NCBI GenBank assembly: GCA_017504785.1
Contig: JAFVQL010000078.1
Coordinates: forward strand, 1,388 to 65,387
Direction of reading: 5' to 3'
Length of the DNA: 64,000 nt
From: Clostridia bacterium
GTDB lineage: Bacteria > Bacillota > Clostridia > Oscillospirales > CAG-272
The notes below the pieces were generated by a model. That model was not told where the DNA came from. It saw only the letters and a program-made list of their open reading frames with translations, and made no database searches. Both the position numbers and the translations under genes were made by a program. Below are positions 7,533 through 17,308 of this stretch, piece by piece (within the stretch, counting starts at the first letter, position 1; each line of letters opens with the position of its first letter).

Positions 7533-8806
7533 TCAGGATCATTAAGGACAGTCTCAGCAAAAGAGAAGAGATCTTCGGCGCGAAGGAAGAAAGAGTGGAC
7601 GTCAGCGCCACGGTTTCCGAGATCATTGCCAAGGTAAGAGCCGAGGGCGATGCGGCGCTTCGTTACTATACGGAAAAATTCGATAAGGCGAAGCTCACCT
7701 CTCTGCGCGTCAGCGAGGAGGAGATCGAGGAGGCGATGGCGGCGATCGAGCCGGAGTTTATCCGCATTCTTGAAAGCGCGGCAGAGAATATTCGTATTTT
7801 CCACGCCCGCCAGAAGCGCGAGGGCTTTGAGCTGAAGCGCGAAAACGGTGTCATCGTCGGCCAGAGAGTCACCCCCGTGGAGGTCGCGGGCATCTACGTG
7901 CCGGGCGGCACGGCGGCGTACCCCTCCACCGTTCTGATGGATTCCATTCCCGCCGTGGTTGCGGGATGCCCCCGCGTCGTGATGGTGACGCCCCCCTCGA
8001 AGGACGGTAAGGTAAACCCCGCCATTTTGGCGGCGGCGAAGGTTGCAGGCGTGAAGGAGATCTACAAAGTCGGCGGCGCGCAGGCGGTTGCCGCTCTTGC
8101 ATACGGAACCGAGACCGTACCCAAGACCGATAAGATCGTCGGTCCCGGAAATGCCTTCGTGGCAGAAGCGAAAAGGCAGGTGTTCGGTGCCGTATCGATC
8201 GATATGATCGCAGGCCCGAGCGAGATCCTCGTAGTGGCAGACGGTAAGAATGTACCGAAGGATATTGCGGCGGATCTTCTTTCCCAGGCAGAGCACGATA
8301 AAATGGCAAGCGCGGTTTTGGTGACCGATGACGAAGCGTTTGCCGAGGCCGTTTCGGCAGAGCTGGAAAGGCAGATCCCGCTTCTCGAAAGAGCCGAGAT
8401 CGCCCGCGCATCGATCGATTCTAACGGGAAGATCATCATCACGGCGGATATCGATGCCGCCATCGAGATCGCAAACGGCATTGCCCCAGAGCATCTGGAG
8501 CTTTGTCTTGACGAGCCGTTCCGGTATCTTGCAAAGGTGAAGCACGCAGGCTCCGTTTTCCTCGGCAGAAACTGCCCCGAGGCGATCGGCGATTATTTTG
8601 CCGGCACGAACCACACTTTACCGACGAGCGGTACGGCAAGATTTTCCTCGCCCCTCTCGGTGGAGGATTTTATAAAAACGACGCAGTACATTTATTACGA
8701 TAAGGACGCACTCGGCAAGGTCGCCGAGGACGTGGCCTATTTTGCAAAGAAGGAAGGGCTCACGGCGCATGCAAAAAGTGCCGTTTGCCGTTTTGAAGAA
8801 AAATGA
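7529..8806 (+). CDS. hisD: Histidinol dehydrogenase
   Basis: 425 aa with ...GIYVPGGTAAYPSTVLM..., ...SQAEHD... and ...GDYFAGTNHTLPT... motifs. It has 4-nt overlaps with hisG and hisC. Confidence 0.92.
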   Translation: MIRIIKDSLSKREEIFGAKEERVDVSATVSEIIAKVRAEGDAALRYYTEKFDKAKLTSLRVSEEEIEEAMAAIEPEFIRILESAAENIRIFHARQKREGFELKRENGVIVGQRVTPVEVAGIYVPGGTAAYPSTVLMDSIPAVVAGCPRVVMVTPPSKDGKVNPAILAAAKVAGVKEIYKVGGAQAVAALAYGTETVPKTDKIVGPGNAFVAEAKRQVFGAVSIDMIAGPSEILVVADGKNVPKDIAADLLSQAEHDKMASAVLVTDDEAFAEAVSAELERQIPLLERAEIARASIDSNGKIIITADIDAAIEIANGIAPEHLELCLDEPFRYLAKVKHAGSVFLGRNCPEAIGDYFAGTNHTLPTSGTARFSSPLSVEDFIKTTQYIYYDKDALGKVAEDVAYFAKKEGLTAHAKSAVCRFEEK

Positions 8807-9867
8807 GTAAGTTTCTTGTAAATAAATATCAATCGCTTGAGCCGTACACCCCCGGAGAGCAGCCGAGAGAGCGCAAGTATTTGAAGCTCAATACCAACGA
8901 ATCTCCCTTTCCTCCGTCCGAAAAAGCGATCGCGCTTGCCGCCAAGGAAGCCGAGCGGCTTATGCTGTATTCCGACCCGGAATGTAAAGAATTGTCTGCA
9001 AAAATGGCGGAAACGCTGGGTGTATCCGCGGAAAACGTCATCATGACCAATGGCTCGGATGAGGTGCTGAACTTCGCCTTTATGGCGTACTGTGATGAAA
9101 GCACCCCCGCGATCTTTCCCGACATTACCTACGGCTTTTATAAGGTTTTCGCAGCGCTGAACGCCGTGCCTTATAAGGAAATACCGCTCCTTGCGGATTT
9201 CTCCATGCCGCTGGCCGACCTGCTTTCTGCACGGGGAACGCTCTTTATTGCCAACCCCAACGCGCCGAGCGGCATCCTTCTTCCACTTTCCGAGATCGAA
9301 AAAATCGTTGCCGCCGATCCCGCCCGCATCGTCGTGGTGGACGAGGCGTATATCGACTTTGGCGGCGAAAGTGCCGTTTCGCTGATCGCGGAATACGATA
9401 ACCTTTTGGTGACGGGCACCTTCTCGAAATCCCGTTCCATGGCGGGCGCAAGACTCGGCTTCGGCGTGGCATCCGCCGCTCTGATCGCAGACCTGCACCG
9501 CATTCGTTATTCCACAAACCCCTATAACGTCAACCGCATGACGGCGGCGGCGGGCATCGGCGCACTTTCCGATAAGGAATATTTTGAAGAAAACTGCAAG
9601 AAGATCATCGAGGCGCGCGCCTATCTTGCAAGAGAGCTTTCCGCTCTCGGCTTTTCGATGACCGATTCTAAAGCAAACTTCCTTTTTGTGCGTCACGAGC
9701 GGATGAGCGGAGAGGCCGTTTACGGTGCGCTTCGCGAAAGGGGCGTGCTCGTGCGCCATTTCGGTGCGCCGCGCATCAAGGATTATAACCGCATCACGGT
9801 CGGCTCGATGGCAGAAATGGAGCAGCTCGTAGAGGTGATGAAAGAAATATTGGAGGAAACAAAATGA
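8803..9867 (+). CDS. hisC: Histidinol-phosphate aminotransferase
   Basis: 354-aa class-II aminotransferase with a PLP-lysine region ...[15 protein letters not shown]..., in operon context. Confidence 0.9.
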   Translation: MSKFLVNKYQSLEPYTPGEQPRERKYLKLNTNESPFPPSEKAIALAAKEAERLMLYSDPECKELSAKMAETLGVSAENVIMTNGSDEVLNFAFMAYCDESTPAIFPDITYGFYKVFAALNAVPYKEIPLLADFSMPLADLLSARGTLFIANPNAPSGILLPLSEIEKIVAADPARIVVVDEAYIDFGGESAVSLIAEYDNLLVTGTFSKSRSMAGARLGFGVASAALIADLHRIRYSTNPYNVNRMTAAAGIGALSDKEYFEENCKKIIEARAYLARELSALGFSMTDSKANFLFVRHERMSGEAVYGALRERGVLVRHFGAPRIKDYNRITVGSMAEMEQLVEVMKEILEETK

Positions 9868-10454
9868 GAACTTCCGTGATTGAAAGAAAAACCAAGGAAA
9901 CCGACATTGCACTTTCTCTGTCTCTCGACGGCAGCGGTGCATCCGAAATTCACAGCGGCTGCGGCTTTCTTGACCATATGCTGACGCTTTTTGCAAAGCA
10001 CGGCGGCTTTGATCTGACGCTGACCTGCAAGGGGGATACCGAGGTAGATTATCATCACACCGTAGAGGATATCGGCATCTCGCTCGGCAAGGCGCTTGCA
10101 AAGGCGCTCGGTGATAAGAGAGGCATCTGCCGCTACGGCAGTATGATGTTGCCGATGGATGAAACGCTCATTCTTTCCGCCGTGGATATCAGCGGCCGCG
10201 CCTTCTATGCAAGCGAGCTTTCCATGCGCGCAAAGAAGGTCGGCGATTTTGACGTGGAGCTTGTGGACGAGTTTTTCATCGCCCTTGCACAGAATGCGGG
10301 CATCACCCTGCACGTGCGTCAGCTTGCGGGCAGAAACACGCATCATATCATTGAGGGCGTATTTAAATCCGTAGCAAGAAGCCTGCGTGCCGCCGTTTCG
10401 ATCGATGCGCGCTTTGCCGATGCCGTTCCTTCCACGAAAGGGGTCCTCGGATGA
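9864..10454 (+). CDS. hisB: Imidazoleglycerol-phosphate dehydratase
   Basis: 196 aa, monofunctional IGPD with His-rich metal motifs (...[11 protein letters not shown]..., ...[11 protein letters not shown]...). Confidence 0.92.
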   Translation: MRTSVIERKTKETDIALSLSLDGSGASEIHSGCGFLDHMLTLFAKHGGFDLTLTCKGDTEVDYHHTVEDIGISLGKALAKALGDKRGICRYGSMMLPMDETLILSAVDISGRAFYASELSMRAKKVGDFDVELVDEFFIALAQNAGITLHVRQLAGRNTHHIIEGVFKSVARSLRAAVSIDARFADAVPSTKGVLG

Positions 10455-11074
10455 TTGCTATCGTTGATTACGGCGTGGGAAATCTCTTTTCCTTAAGCTC
10501 GTCGTTTCGCGCGATCGGCTTTGAGGCCGTGATAAGCTCCGATCCTGCCGTTATCTCGGCGGCAGATAAGATCATTCTCCCCGGTGTCGGCGCATTCGAG
10601 GATGCCGCCAAAAAGCTTTTCGATTCGGGACTTTTTGATCTTGTGATCCGCGAAGCGGAGAAGGGAAAGCCCATTCTCGGCATTTGCCTCGGTATGCAGC
10701 TGCTCTTTGAGCGTAGCTTTGAGTACGGTGAGCATAAAGGCCTCGGCCTTATTAAGGGCGATATCCGCCCGATCTCGGACGTGATCCCCGCGGATCTGAA
10801 GATCCCGCACATCGGCTGGAACGCCTTGCATTTCACCGAGCCGCGCGCCGAAATATTCAAGTATTTAAAGGAAGGAGATCACGTGTATTTCGTGCATTCC
10901 TTCTATGCCGCAAATTGCGAGGAAAGCGTGATCGCCACCGCGGAGTACGGCGCACCCTTGACTGCCGCCGTTGCGAAGGGCAACGTGTTCGGATGCCAGT
11001 TCCATCCCGAAAAGAGCGGCGCGGTCGGTCTTTCGATCCTGCGCGCCTTTTGCGAAAGTGAGGGAGCGAAATGA
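10451..11074 (+). CDS. hisH: Imidazole glycerol phosphate synthase, glutamine amidotransferase subunit
   Basis: 207 aa with the GICLGMQ nucleophile motif and ...[11 protein letters not shown]... triad region. Confidence 0.92.
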   Translation: MIAIVDYGVGNLFSLSSSFRAIGFEAVISSDPAVISAADKIILPGVGAFEDAAKKLFDSGLFDLVIREAEKGKPILGICLGMQLLFERSFEYGEHKGLGLIKGDIRPISDVIPADLKIPHIGWNALHFTEPRAEIFKYLKEGDHVYFVHSFYAANCEESVIATAEYGAPLTAAVAKGNVFGCQFHPEKSGAVGLSILRAFCESEGAK

Positions 11075-11784
11075 AGATTTTTCCCGCCATTGATTTATAT
11101 GAAGGAAAAGCGGTGCGCCTCTATAAAGGCGATTACGCCGCGATGACGGTATACAGCGAAAACCCCGTCGAGATCGCCTTGGATTTCAAGGCGCAGGGCG
11201 CGGAGTGGATCCACCTCGTCGATCTTGAGGGCGCAAGAGACGGAGATACCCCAAATCTTGAAACCATCCGCCGCATCGTGCAGGAAAGCGGACTCCGCGC
11301 CGAGGTCGGCGGCGGTATCCGCAGTATTGAGGTGATCGAAAAATACCTCGCAGCCGGCGTGAGCCGCGTGATCTTGGGCACGGCCGCCGTCACCGATCCC
11401 GCGTTTTTATCCGAGGCGGTTGCCCGCTTTGGCGAGCATATTGCCGTTGGCGTGGATATCAAGGACGGATGCGTTGCCATCAAGGGCTGGCGCGAGACCT
11501 CGGCACTTGAAGCCTTTGATTTCTGCCGCAAGCTCGAATCGCTCGGCGTTAAGACCGTGATCTGCACGGATATCTCCAAGGACGGCGCGATGCAGGGCAC
11601 GAATCACGCGCTCTACGATGCGATGCGTAAGGAGCTTGGTATGCAGATCATTGCATCCGGCGGTGTCACGGATATCACGGATATCAAGCGGCTCGCCGCT
11701 ATGAATCTGTACGGTGCGATCATCGGAAAAGCGTACTACACGAAAGCGATCTCCATAAAGGAAGCGATTGAGGTGGCAAAATGA
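11071..11784 (+). CDS. hisA: 1-(5-phosphoribosyl)-5-[(5-phosphoribosylamino)methylideneamino]imidazole-4-carboxamide isomerase
   Basis: 237 aa. The N-terminus [17 protein letters not shown] is typical of HisA. The position between hisH and hisF agrees. Confidence 0.9.
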   Translation: MKIFPAIDLYEGKAVRLYKGDYAAMTVYSENPVEIALDFKAQGAEWIHLVDLEGARDGDTPNLETIRRIVQESGLRAEVGGGIRSIEVIEKYLAAGVSRVILGTAAVTDPAFLSEAVARFGEHIAVGVDIKDGCVAIKGWRETSALEAFDFCRKLESLGVKTVICTDISKDGAMQGTNHALYDAMRKELGMQIIASGGVTDITDIKRLAAMNLYGAIIGKAYYTKAISIKEAIEVAK

Positions 11785-12539
11785 TAACGAAGAGAATTAT
11801 ACCCTGCCTTGACGTGAAAAACGGTCGCGTCGTTAAGGGCGTCAATTTTGAAGGGCTCTCGGACGTCAACAGTCCCGTGGCGCTCGGTCGGTATTATAGC
11901 GACTGCGGCGCGGATGAGCTTGTCTTTTACGATATCACTGCATCGGCGGAGGGAAGATCTCTCTTCACGGATATTTTGCGTGAGGTGGCGAGCACGATCT
12001 TCATTCCTCTCACGGTGGGCGGAGGCATCAATACCGTTGCGGACTTTGACCGCGTTTTGAAATGCGGTGCGGATAAGGTCAGCGTCAATTCGGGCGCGAT
12101 CCGCAATCCGAATCTGATCTACGAGGCCGCCAAGCTCTACGGCGATCAATGCGTGGTGCTTTCCGTGGATGCCAAGCGCGTGGACGGCGTGTACCGCGTG
12201 TACGCCAAGGGTGGCAGAGAAAACACGGGCATGGATGCCCTCGAATGGATCAAGCGCGGCATCTCTCTCGGTGCGGGCGAGATCGTTCTCAATTCCATCG
12301 ATACGGACGGTGTGAAGCGCGGCTTCGACCTTGAAATGCTTGCCGCCGTTTCCGAGTTTGCCACCGTTCCCGTGATCGCCTCGGGCGGCGCGGGATGCAT
12401 CGAGGATTTCATCACCCTCTTTAAAACGCTTCCGAACGTGGATGCGGGACTTGCCGCATCGATCTTCCATTTTGGTGAGGTGCAGATCCCCGATTTGAAG
12501 GCGCGCCTCAAGGCCGAAGGAATTTCTATCCGACTGTAA
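11781..12539 (+). CDS. hisF: Imidazole glycerol phosphate synthase, cyclase subunit
   Basis: 252 aa, KRIIPCLDVKNGRVVKGVNF... and ...ASGGAG..., canonical HisF. Confidence 0.92.
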   Translation: MITKRIIPCLDVKNGRVVKGVNFEGLSDVNSPVALGRYYSDCGADELVFYDITASAEGRSLFTDILREVASTIFIPLTVGGGINTVADFDRVLKCGADKVSVNSGAIRNPNLIYEAAKLYGDQCVVLSVDAKRVDGVYRVYAKGGRENTGMDALEWIKRGISLGAGEIVLNSIDTDGVKRGFDLEMLAAVSEFATVPVIASGGAGCIEDFITLFKTLPNVDAGLAASIFHFGEVQIPDLKARLKAEGISIRL

Positions 12540-12548
12540 AAAGCGAAA

Positions 12549-13217
12549 ATGCAAAGAAAGGTTATCAAAATGCTGAATATTGAAGAACTTAAATTCGATG
12601 AAAAGGGCTTGATCCCCGCCATCGTTGTGGATGCCGTAACGAAAAAGGTATTAACGCTTTCTTATATGAACCGCGAAAGCCTGAAGATCACGATGGAGAA
12701 AAATCTCACCTGCTTTTACAGCCGCTCGAGAAATGAGCTTTGGCTGAAGGGAGAGACCAGCGGCAATTATCAGCACGTGGTTTCCATCACGGCGGATTGC
12801 GATAAGGATGCCCTCGTCGTAATGGTAGAGAAGGACGGCCCCGCCTGCCACACGGGCGCAGAGACCTGCTTTAACGATACCGTCTATGAAAACGAAGCCC
12901 TGCACGAGTTTTCTCTTCAAGGCCTCGTGAAGCTGATTGAGGGCAGAAAGATCGAGAAGACCGAAGGGTCGTACACCACCTATCTTTTTGAGAAGGGAAT
13001 CGATAAGATCCTAAAAAAGGTCGGCGAGGAATGCACCGAGGTGATCATCGCCGCCAAGGCAGACGATAAAAAGGAAACGGTCTACGAGATCGCAGACCTT
13101 GCCTACCACACCCTCGTTCTCATGATCCAAATGGGCATCTCCCTCGAGGATATTCACAAAGAACTTGCTTCCCGTCACGTAATAGATAAAAAGGTGAAGC
13201 AAGAAAAAATGACCTAA
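12549..13217 (+). CDS. hisIE: Bifunctional phosphoribosyl-AMP cyclohydrolase / phosphoribosyl-ATP diphosphatase
   Basis: 222 aa with an N-terminal HisI part (...SRSRNELWLKGETSGNYQ..., Cys-containing Zn site) fused to a HisE part (...YTTYLFEKGIDKILKKVGEE...). The true start may be the ATG at 12570. Confidence 0.88.
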   Translation: MQRKVIKMLNIEELKFDEKGLIPAIVVDAVTKKVLTLSYMNRESLKITMEKNLTCFYSRSRNELWLKGETSGNYQHVVSITADCDKDALVVMVEKDGPACHTGAETCFNDTVYENEALHEFSLQGLVKLIEGRKIEKTEGSYTTYLFEKGIDKILKKVGEECTEVIIAAKADDKKETVYEIADLAYHTLVLMIQMGISLEDIHKELASRHVIDKKVKQEKMT

Positions 13218-13494
13218 ACGTTCAAGACGAGCGTATTTTGGCATAAATTTGCGCTCTCACAGCTTGCCGTACTCCATGCTCGCGCACCGCGGTTGCGGTG
13301 GCACTTCGTGCTTTGCTTCGCTGTTGCGAAGCGCTCGCGGAGCAATCTGCGCTCGCATTCCTGCAAGCATGCTTGCAGATATGCTTCGCTTGATTATAGG
13401 TGCTCGCTATGAGAATCACAAATTTCTATAAAAGCTTGGTTTTTTCTTGTTTTTTAAATTACCCTGCTTCCTTTATTAAAAATCGCAAAACATC

Positions 13495-13523
13495 TTGATT
13501 TTCCGTTGGATTTGTGGTATACT
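13495..13523 (+). promoter_or_regulatory. Strong sigma-A-type promoter with extended -10
   Basis: TTGATT (13495-13500), a 17-nt spacer ending TGG, then TATACT (13518-13523). Confidence 0.55.
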
Positions 13524-13529
13524 GAAATT

Positions 13530-13724
13530 GCTAAACCAACCGAATATTGAAAGGCACCATCATTACAAAAGGGGGGAGTCTACCCTTTTTGCCCTTTTAC
13601 ATACAGAATTTGATAAAAATGCAAATTCCGCTTGTAGAAGGCAAGGTGTCCTTGTTGTATTCAAGTTGGTTTAGCGACTTGGAGTTTGCGTTTTTTGGTG
13701 CGTGACTTCGGTCACGCACTTTTT
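13530..13724 (+). promoter_or_regulatory. Structured 5' leader (riboswitch- or attenuator-like, or a small RNA) ending in an intrinsic terminator
   Basis: An exact 11-bp long-range helix joins GCTAAACCAAC (13530-13540) and GTTGGTTTAGC (13665-13675). It encloses about 125 nt with at least three internal hairpins. A terminator follows, GTGCGTGAC-TTCG-GTCACGCAC-TTTTT (13698-13724), 28 nt before the downstream GTG start. I recognised no known riboswitch class. Confidence 0.45.
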
Positions 13725-13752
13725 GATTTTTTAGGGAAAGGAGATCCGCTCC

Positions 13753-14235
13753 GTGAAGCTTCTTTTTAGACAACGGTTTTTCTCGTGGCTTGACAGCTAC
13801 GATATATATGACGAAGCGGGGAACACCGTGTTCACCGTCAGAGGTGCGCTTTCCTGGGGGCATCTGCTTCGCATTTACGACGGATGCGGCAGAGAGATCG
13901 GCTGCTTGAAGGAAAAGATCTTCACCTTCCTTCCGAGATTTGAAATGTACGCCCACGGCAGCTACATAGGCTCGATTCGCAAGGAATTGTCCTTCTTCCG
14001 TCCGAAATTCAATATTGACTGTAACGGCTGGCGCGTGGACGGCAATTGGTTTGAATGGGACTATGCCGTGATCAACGCGCTTGGCATGCAGATCGCCGCC
14101 GTCTCTAAAGCGATCTGGAATTTTACGGATACCTACGTGATCGACGTTTGCGATCCCGCAGATGCGCTTGCGATTTTGATGCTCGTGCTTGCGATCGATG
14201 CGGAAAAATGCTCGCGAAACGCCCATCACACCTAA
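13753..14235 (+). CDS. LURP-one-related / YxjI (tubby C-terminal-like) family protein
   Basis: 160 aa with a GTG start after GGAAAGGAG. The sequence FFSWLDSYDIYDEAGNTVFTVRG...LRIYDGCGREIGCLKEKIFTFLPRFEMY...FNIDCNGWRVDGNWFEWDY is characteristic of this family. Confidence 0.7.
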   Translation: MKLLFRQRFFSWLDSYDIYDEAGNTVFTVRGALSWGHLLRIYDGCGREIGCLKEKIFTFLPRFEMYAHGSYIGSIRKELSFFRPKFNIDCNGWRVDGNWFEWDYAVINALGMQIAAVSKAIWNFTDTYVIDVCDPADALAILMLVLAIDAEKCSRNAHHT

Positions 14236-14255
14236 AGCGTATAGAGGAATAAAAA

Positions 14256-15413
14256 ATGAAAACAAGAAAGAAAAAGAAAAAAATCGTCTGGCAGCAATGC
14301 GTGGGCTTTGCTTTCCTTCTGCTGGTGGGTGCGGCCTGCGGCCTTTCGATGGTTCTGTATCTCGAGCAACCGAGCGCCGAGAAGCCTCTGCATGAAGAGA
14401 TCCTCACGACGGTATCGCTCTTTCTCGGAATGTACGTTGCGTTTTTGTTCCATCTGACCGTTCACGAGGCGGGACACCTGCTCTTCGGGCTGATGACGGG
14501 GTATAGGTTTTGCTCCTTCCGCATCGGCTCCTTTATGTGGATCAAGGAAGACGGAAAGCTGAAATTAAAACGCCTCACCATCGCGGGCACGGGCGGGCAA
14601 TGCCTGATGGCGCCCCCGGATCTGAAGGACGGAAAAATGCCACTCGTTTTGTATAACCTCGGCGGCTCGATCATCAACCTCATTCTATGCGCTTTGTTTT
14701 TTGCCGCATATCTTCTGACCCCCGAGATCTTGATTCTTTCTCCGATCCTTTTCATATTCGCGATCATGGGATTTATGACCGCCTTGATGAACGGCATCCC
14801 GATGCGTATGGGAACGGTGGATAACGACGGCTATAACGCCTTCGCTCTGTCGAAAAATAAAGAAGCGGTAGAGGCCTTCTGGGTACAGCTGAAAACCGTG
14901 GAGCAGAGCGCAAAGGGCATCCGCCTCAAGGATATGCCCGACGAATGGTTTGCATTCCCTTCGGATGCGGCGATGAAGAACAGTATGGTTGCCACGCGCG
15001 GCGTTTTTGCCTGCAACCGATTGATGGATGCGGGAAAATATACCGAGGCCGATGCTATGATGGCGCACTTGCTTTCGATCGAAAGCGGCATGGTCGGACT
15101 GCACCGCAGTCTTTTGATCTGCGACCGTATGTTTATCGAGCTGATTGGCGAGGATCGAAGTGACGTGATAGAAAAAATGCTCACGAAGGAGCAAAAGCGG
15201 TTTATGAAGGCAATGAAGCGTTTTCCCTCCGTGCTTCGCACCGAGTATGCGCTCGCTTTGCTTTTTGAAAAGGATACCGTAAAAGCGGAAAAGGTCAAGG
15301 CCGAATTTGAGAAGGTGGCAAGATCTTATCCCTACGTGCACGATTTAGATGCCGAATGGGAGCTTTTGCACCTTGCGGAAAACAAAGCGGCGGAAGCCGT
15401 GAAGTCTTTATAA
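14256..15413 (+). CDS. Membrane zinc metalloprotease-like protein (HExxH within a TM helix, site-2-protease/M50-like) with a soluble C-terminal helical domain
   Basis: 385 aa with several predicted TM segments, the motif FHLTVHEAGHLLFG embedded in a hydrophobic stretch, and an alpha-helical C-terminal half. Confidence 0.55.
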   Translation: MKTRKKKKKIVWQQCVGFAFLLLVGAACGLSMVLYLEQPSAEKPLHEEILTTVSLFLGMYVAFLFHLTVHEAGHLLFGLMTGYRFCSFRIGSFMWIKEDGKLKLKRLTIAGTGGQCLMAPPDLKDGKMPLVLYNLGGSIINLILCALFFAAYLLTPEILILSPILFIFAIMGFMTALMNGIPMRMGTVDNDGYNAFALSKNKEAVEAFWVQLKTVEQSAKGIRLKDMPDEWFAFPSDAAMKNSMVATRGVFACNRLMDAGKYTEADAMMAHLLSIESGMVGLHRSLLICDRMFIELIGEDRSDVIEKMLTKEQKRFMKAMKRFPSVLRTEYALALLFEKDTVKAEKVKAEFEKVARSYPYVHDLDAEWELLHLAENKAAEAVKSL

Positions 15414-15496
15414 ACGGGTAGCCAAAAAAAACTAAACAAAAGCTCGATTTTGGCTCGTATCGGCTGCTGACCGAAAGAAAATGGGGAGGTGTTAGA

Positions 15497-15841
15497 TTGA
15501 ATCCGGGAATGTACATACCCATCATTGTTATGTGGATCGTCATATTTTGGATGATCTATACGCAAAGACAGTCGCTTATCGTAAAGAAACTCATCGAAAA
15601 AAGAAAAAGGGAAGGAAATAAAGAAATGAAAGAGCTTGCAATGAAGTTTTTGGAAAAGGACTGCGTGATCTATTCGTTCAACAATCAGCAGTTTCAGGGC
15701 GTGATCAAAGAGGTGACCGATGGCGCCATCCTCATCGAAAAGGATGAAAAGCTTGAGGCGATCAACCTTGACTTTGTTGTCCGCATCCGTGAATATCCGA
15801 AAAATAAAAAGGGGAAGAAGGTCTCCGTCGTTTGGGATTAA
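15497..15841 (+). CDS. Hypothetical small membrane protein
   Basis: 114 aa. A TTG start lies 7 nt after GGAGGTG (alternative ATG at 15509). It has one N-terminal TM helix (YIPIIVMWIVIFWMIY) and a charged C-terminal domain. Confidence 0.5.
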   Translation: MNPGMYIPIIVMWIVIFWMIYTQRQSLIVKKLIEKRKREGNKEMKELAMKFLEKDCVIYSFNNQQFQGVIKEVTDGAILIEKDEKLEAINLDFVVRIREYPKNKKGKKVSVVWD

Positions 15842-15871
15842 GCAAAGCGCGAAAAAAGGGGCTGCACGCAA

Positions 15872-16489
15872 ATGAAAAAGGTTGTTTTGTTGCTTTTATC
15901 TGCCGCACTCCTCGTTTGCCTTGTCGGTTGCGGCGGCGAAAAATATAATTTTGAGAGCTTTACCGGTGTCGTAACCGAATCCGAGGATCTCGGTCGGCTC
16001 GTTTTGTATATCCCAGCGTACGGCGAGGTGGAAATCCCCGAAAGCGAAAATTGCCGCTCCTATTTTGGCGGAGAACCGGCGGAAGAATATCAATTAAAGC
16101 AAGGCGATCTTGTCACGGTATGCTTCCGATACGAAAAAAGCTGGGATGAAAACAGCGTTAAGATCATGGAAAGCCACCCCGCAAAATTCGATCGGAAGGC
16201 GTATTCGATCGAAGCAAACCGAGAAGGTCTTGCCTTTTATAAGGACGGTACGGGATACGTATTTTCTTTTCCTGCCACCGAGGAAACGGAAGGCGCCGCT
16301 CTCGGCGATACGCTGTATTTCGTTCTGCACGGCGGTGAAAACGGACGCGCATACCAAAAGCTTTATGCGGAGGGAGAGATCACCGCAAGGATAGAAGGAA
16401 GCATCCGCGTTTCGCTTCGTATGCACGGAGAGGAAAGCGAGTTCCTTTCAAATTACACGTCCATGACCGTGGGGCGCTCGTGGGAATAA
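15872..16489 (+). CDS. Hypothetical lipoprotein
   Basis: 205 aa with the lipobox signal peptide MKKVVLLLLSAALLVCLVGC-GG. Confidence 0.65.
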   Translation: MKKVVLLLLSAALLVCLVGCGGEKYNFESFTGVVTESEDLGRLVLYIPAYGEVEIPESENCRSYFGGEPAEEYQLKQGDLVTVCFRYEKSWDENSVKIMESHPAKFDRKAYSIEANREGLAFYKDGTGYVFSFPATEETEGAALGDTLYFVLHGGENGRAYQKLYAEGEITARIEGSIRVSLRMHGEESEFLSNYTSMTVGRSWE

Positions 16490-16528
16490 GCGCGCGAAAG
16501 CTTCTTCAATAGTGAAAAGAGGTACAAA

Positions 16529-17308
16529 ATGAAAAAATGGATCGCGATATTTTTATCTGCATTATTGCTTTTTTGCCTTGTTGGTTGTAATGGGGCAGGG
16601 GATCTCGTATTGGATGAGGTAAAGACTTATGAGATCACAGAGGAGATCCAAGCCCTGGATATTCGCATCGACGGCGCCGATGTGAATATTTTGCAAGGCG
16701 AAAAATTTTGTGTCGAAAGCAACCTCAAAAAGCTTGAGGTGAGCGAGAGAGACGGATGCCTTTCAGTAAAGGATCTGTCAAGAAGAAACGGTTTCGGTTT
16801 TGGAGATCATTCCCTTAAAGACGCCGTTTTGACAATTATTCTTCCCAAAAACGCATCTTTTGAAAGAATTTATTTTTTTGCAGGCGCAGGTAAGCTTGCG
16901 ATAGATGCTCTGTCTGCCGAAACGGTAGATCTTGAGCTTGGCGCAGGCAACGTTACGATCGGGGCACTGACCGTGACGAGGGAAATCGATATCGAAGGCG
17001 GCGCGGGCCGCATCGAGATTTTGGACGGCGCACTCCACGATCTTGACCTTGAAATGGGCGTTGGAGAGCTGAAGCTCGCTGCCGCTCTTTTGGGAGATTG
17101 CGATCTGGAGCTTGGCGTCGGATCGTCGGAGATCACCTTGATCGGAAGCATGGCGGACTATACCTTGGATATCGAAAAGGGGCTCGGCGCGATCACGGTG
17201 GACGGTAAGACCGTCACCGATTTCGGCAGCAGCGGCAGCGGTGCTTCGCACGTTGAGATCAGCGGCGGTGTCGGCGCGATCTGCGTGAATTTCAAGGAGG
17301 TGGAATAA
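16529..17308 (+). CDS. Lipoprotein with repeated beta-strand motifs (DUF4097/LiaG-like putative adhesin fold)
   Basis: 259 aa with lipobox LLLFCLVGC-NG and repeated units LELGAGNVTI / IEGGAGRIEI / LEMGVGELKL / LELGVGSSEITL. Confidence 0.6.
   Translation: MKKWIAIFLSALLLFCLVGCNGAGDLVLDEVKTYEITEEIQALDIRIDGADVNILQGEKFCVESNLKKLEVSERDGCLSVKDLSRRNGFGFGDHSLKDAVLTIILPKNASFERIYFFAGAGKLAIDALSAETVDLELGAGNVTIGALTVTREIDIEGGAGRIEILDGALHDLDLEMGVGELKLAAALLGDCDLELGVGSSEITLIGSMADYTLDIEKGLGAITVDGKTVTDFGSSGSGASHVEISGGVGAICVNFKEVE

Noticed and set aside
13619-13705. 28-codon mini-ORF (MQIPLVEGKVSLLYSSWFSDLEFAFFGA) inside the structured leader, as a possible leader peptide
   Set aside because: No Shine-Dalgarno sequence lies upstream, there is no run of regulatory codons, and it spans the 3' strand of the P1 helix. 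It is probably fortuitous.
13597-14265. 222-aa - strand ORF covering the leader and the LURP-one-like gene
   Set aside because: It is antisense to a gene with a recognisable family sequence. It runs through a + strand terminator and promoter region and has no RBS.
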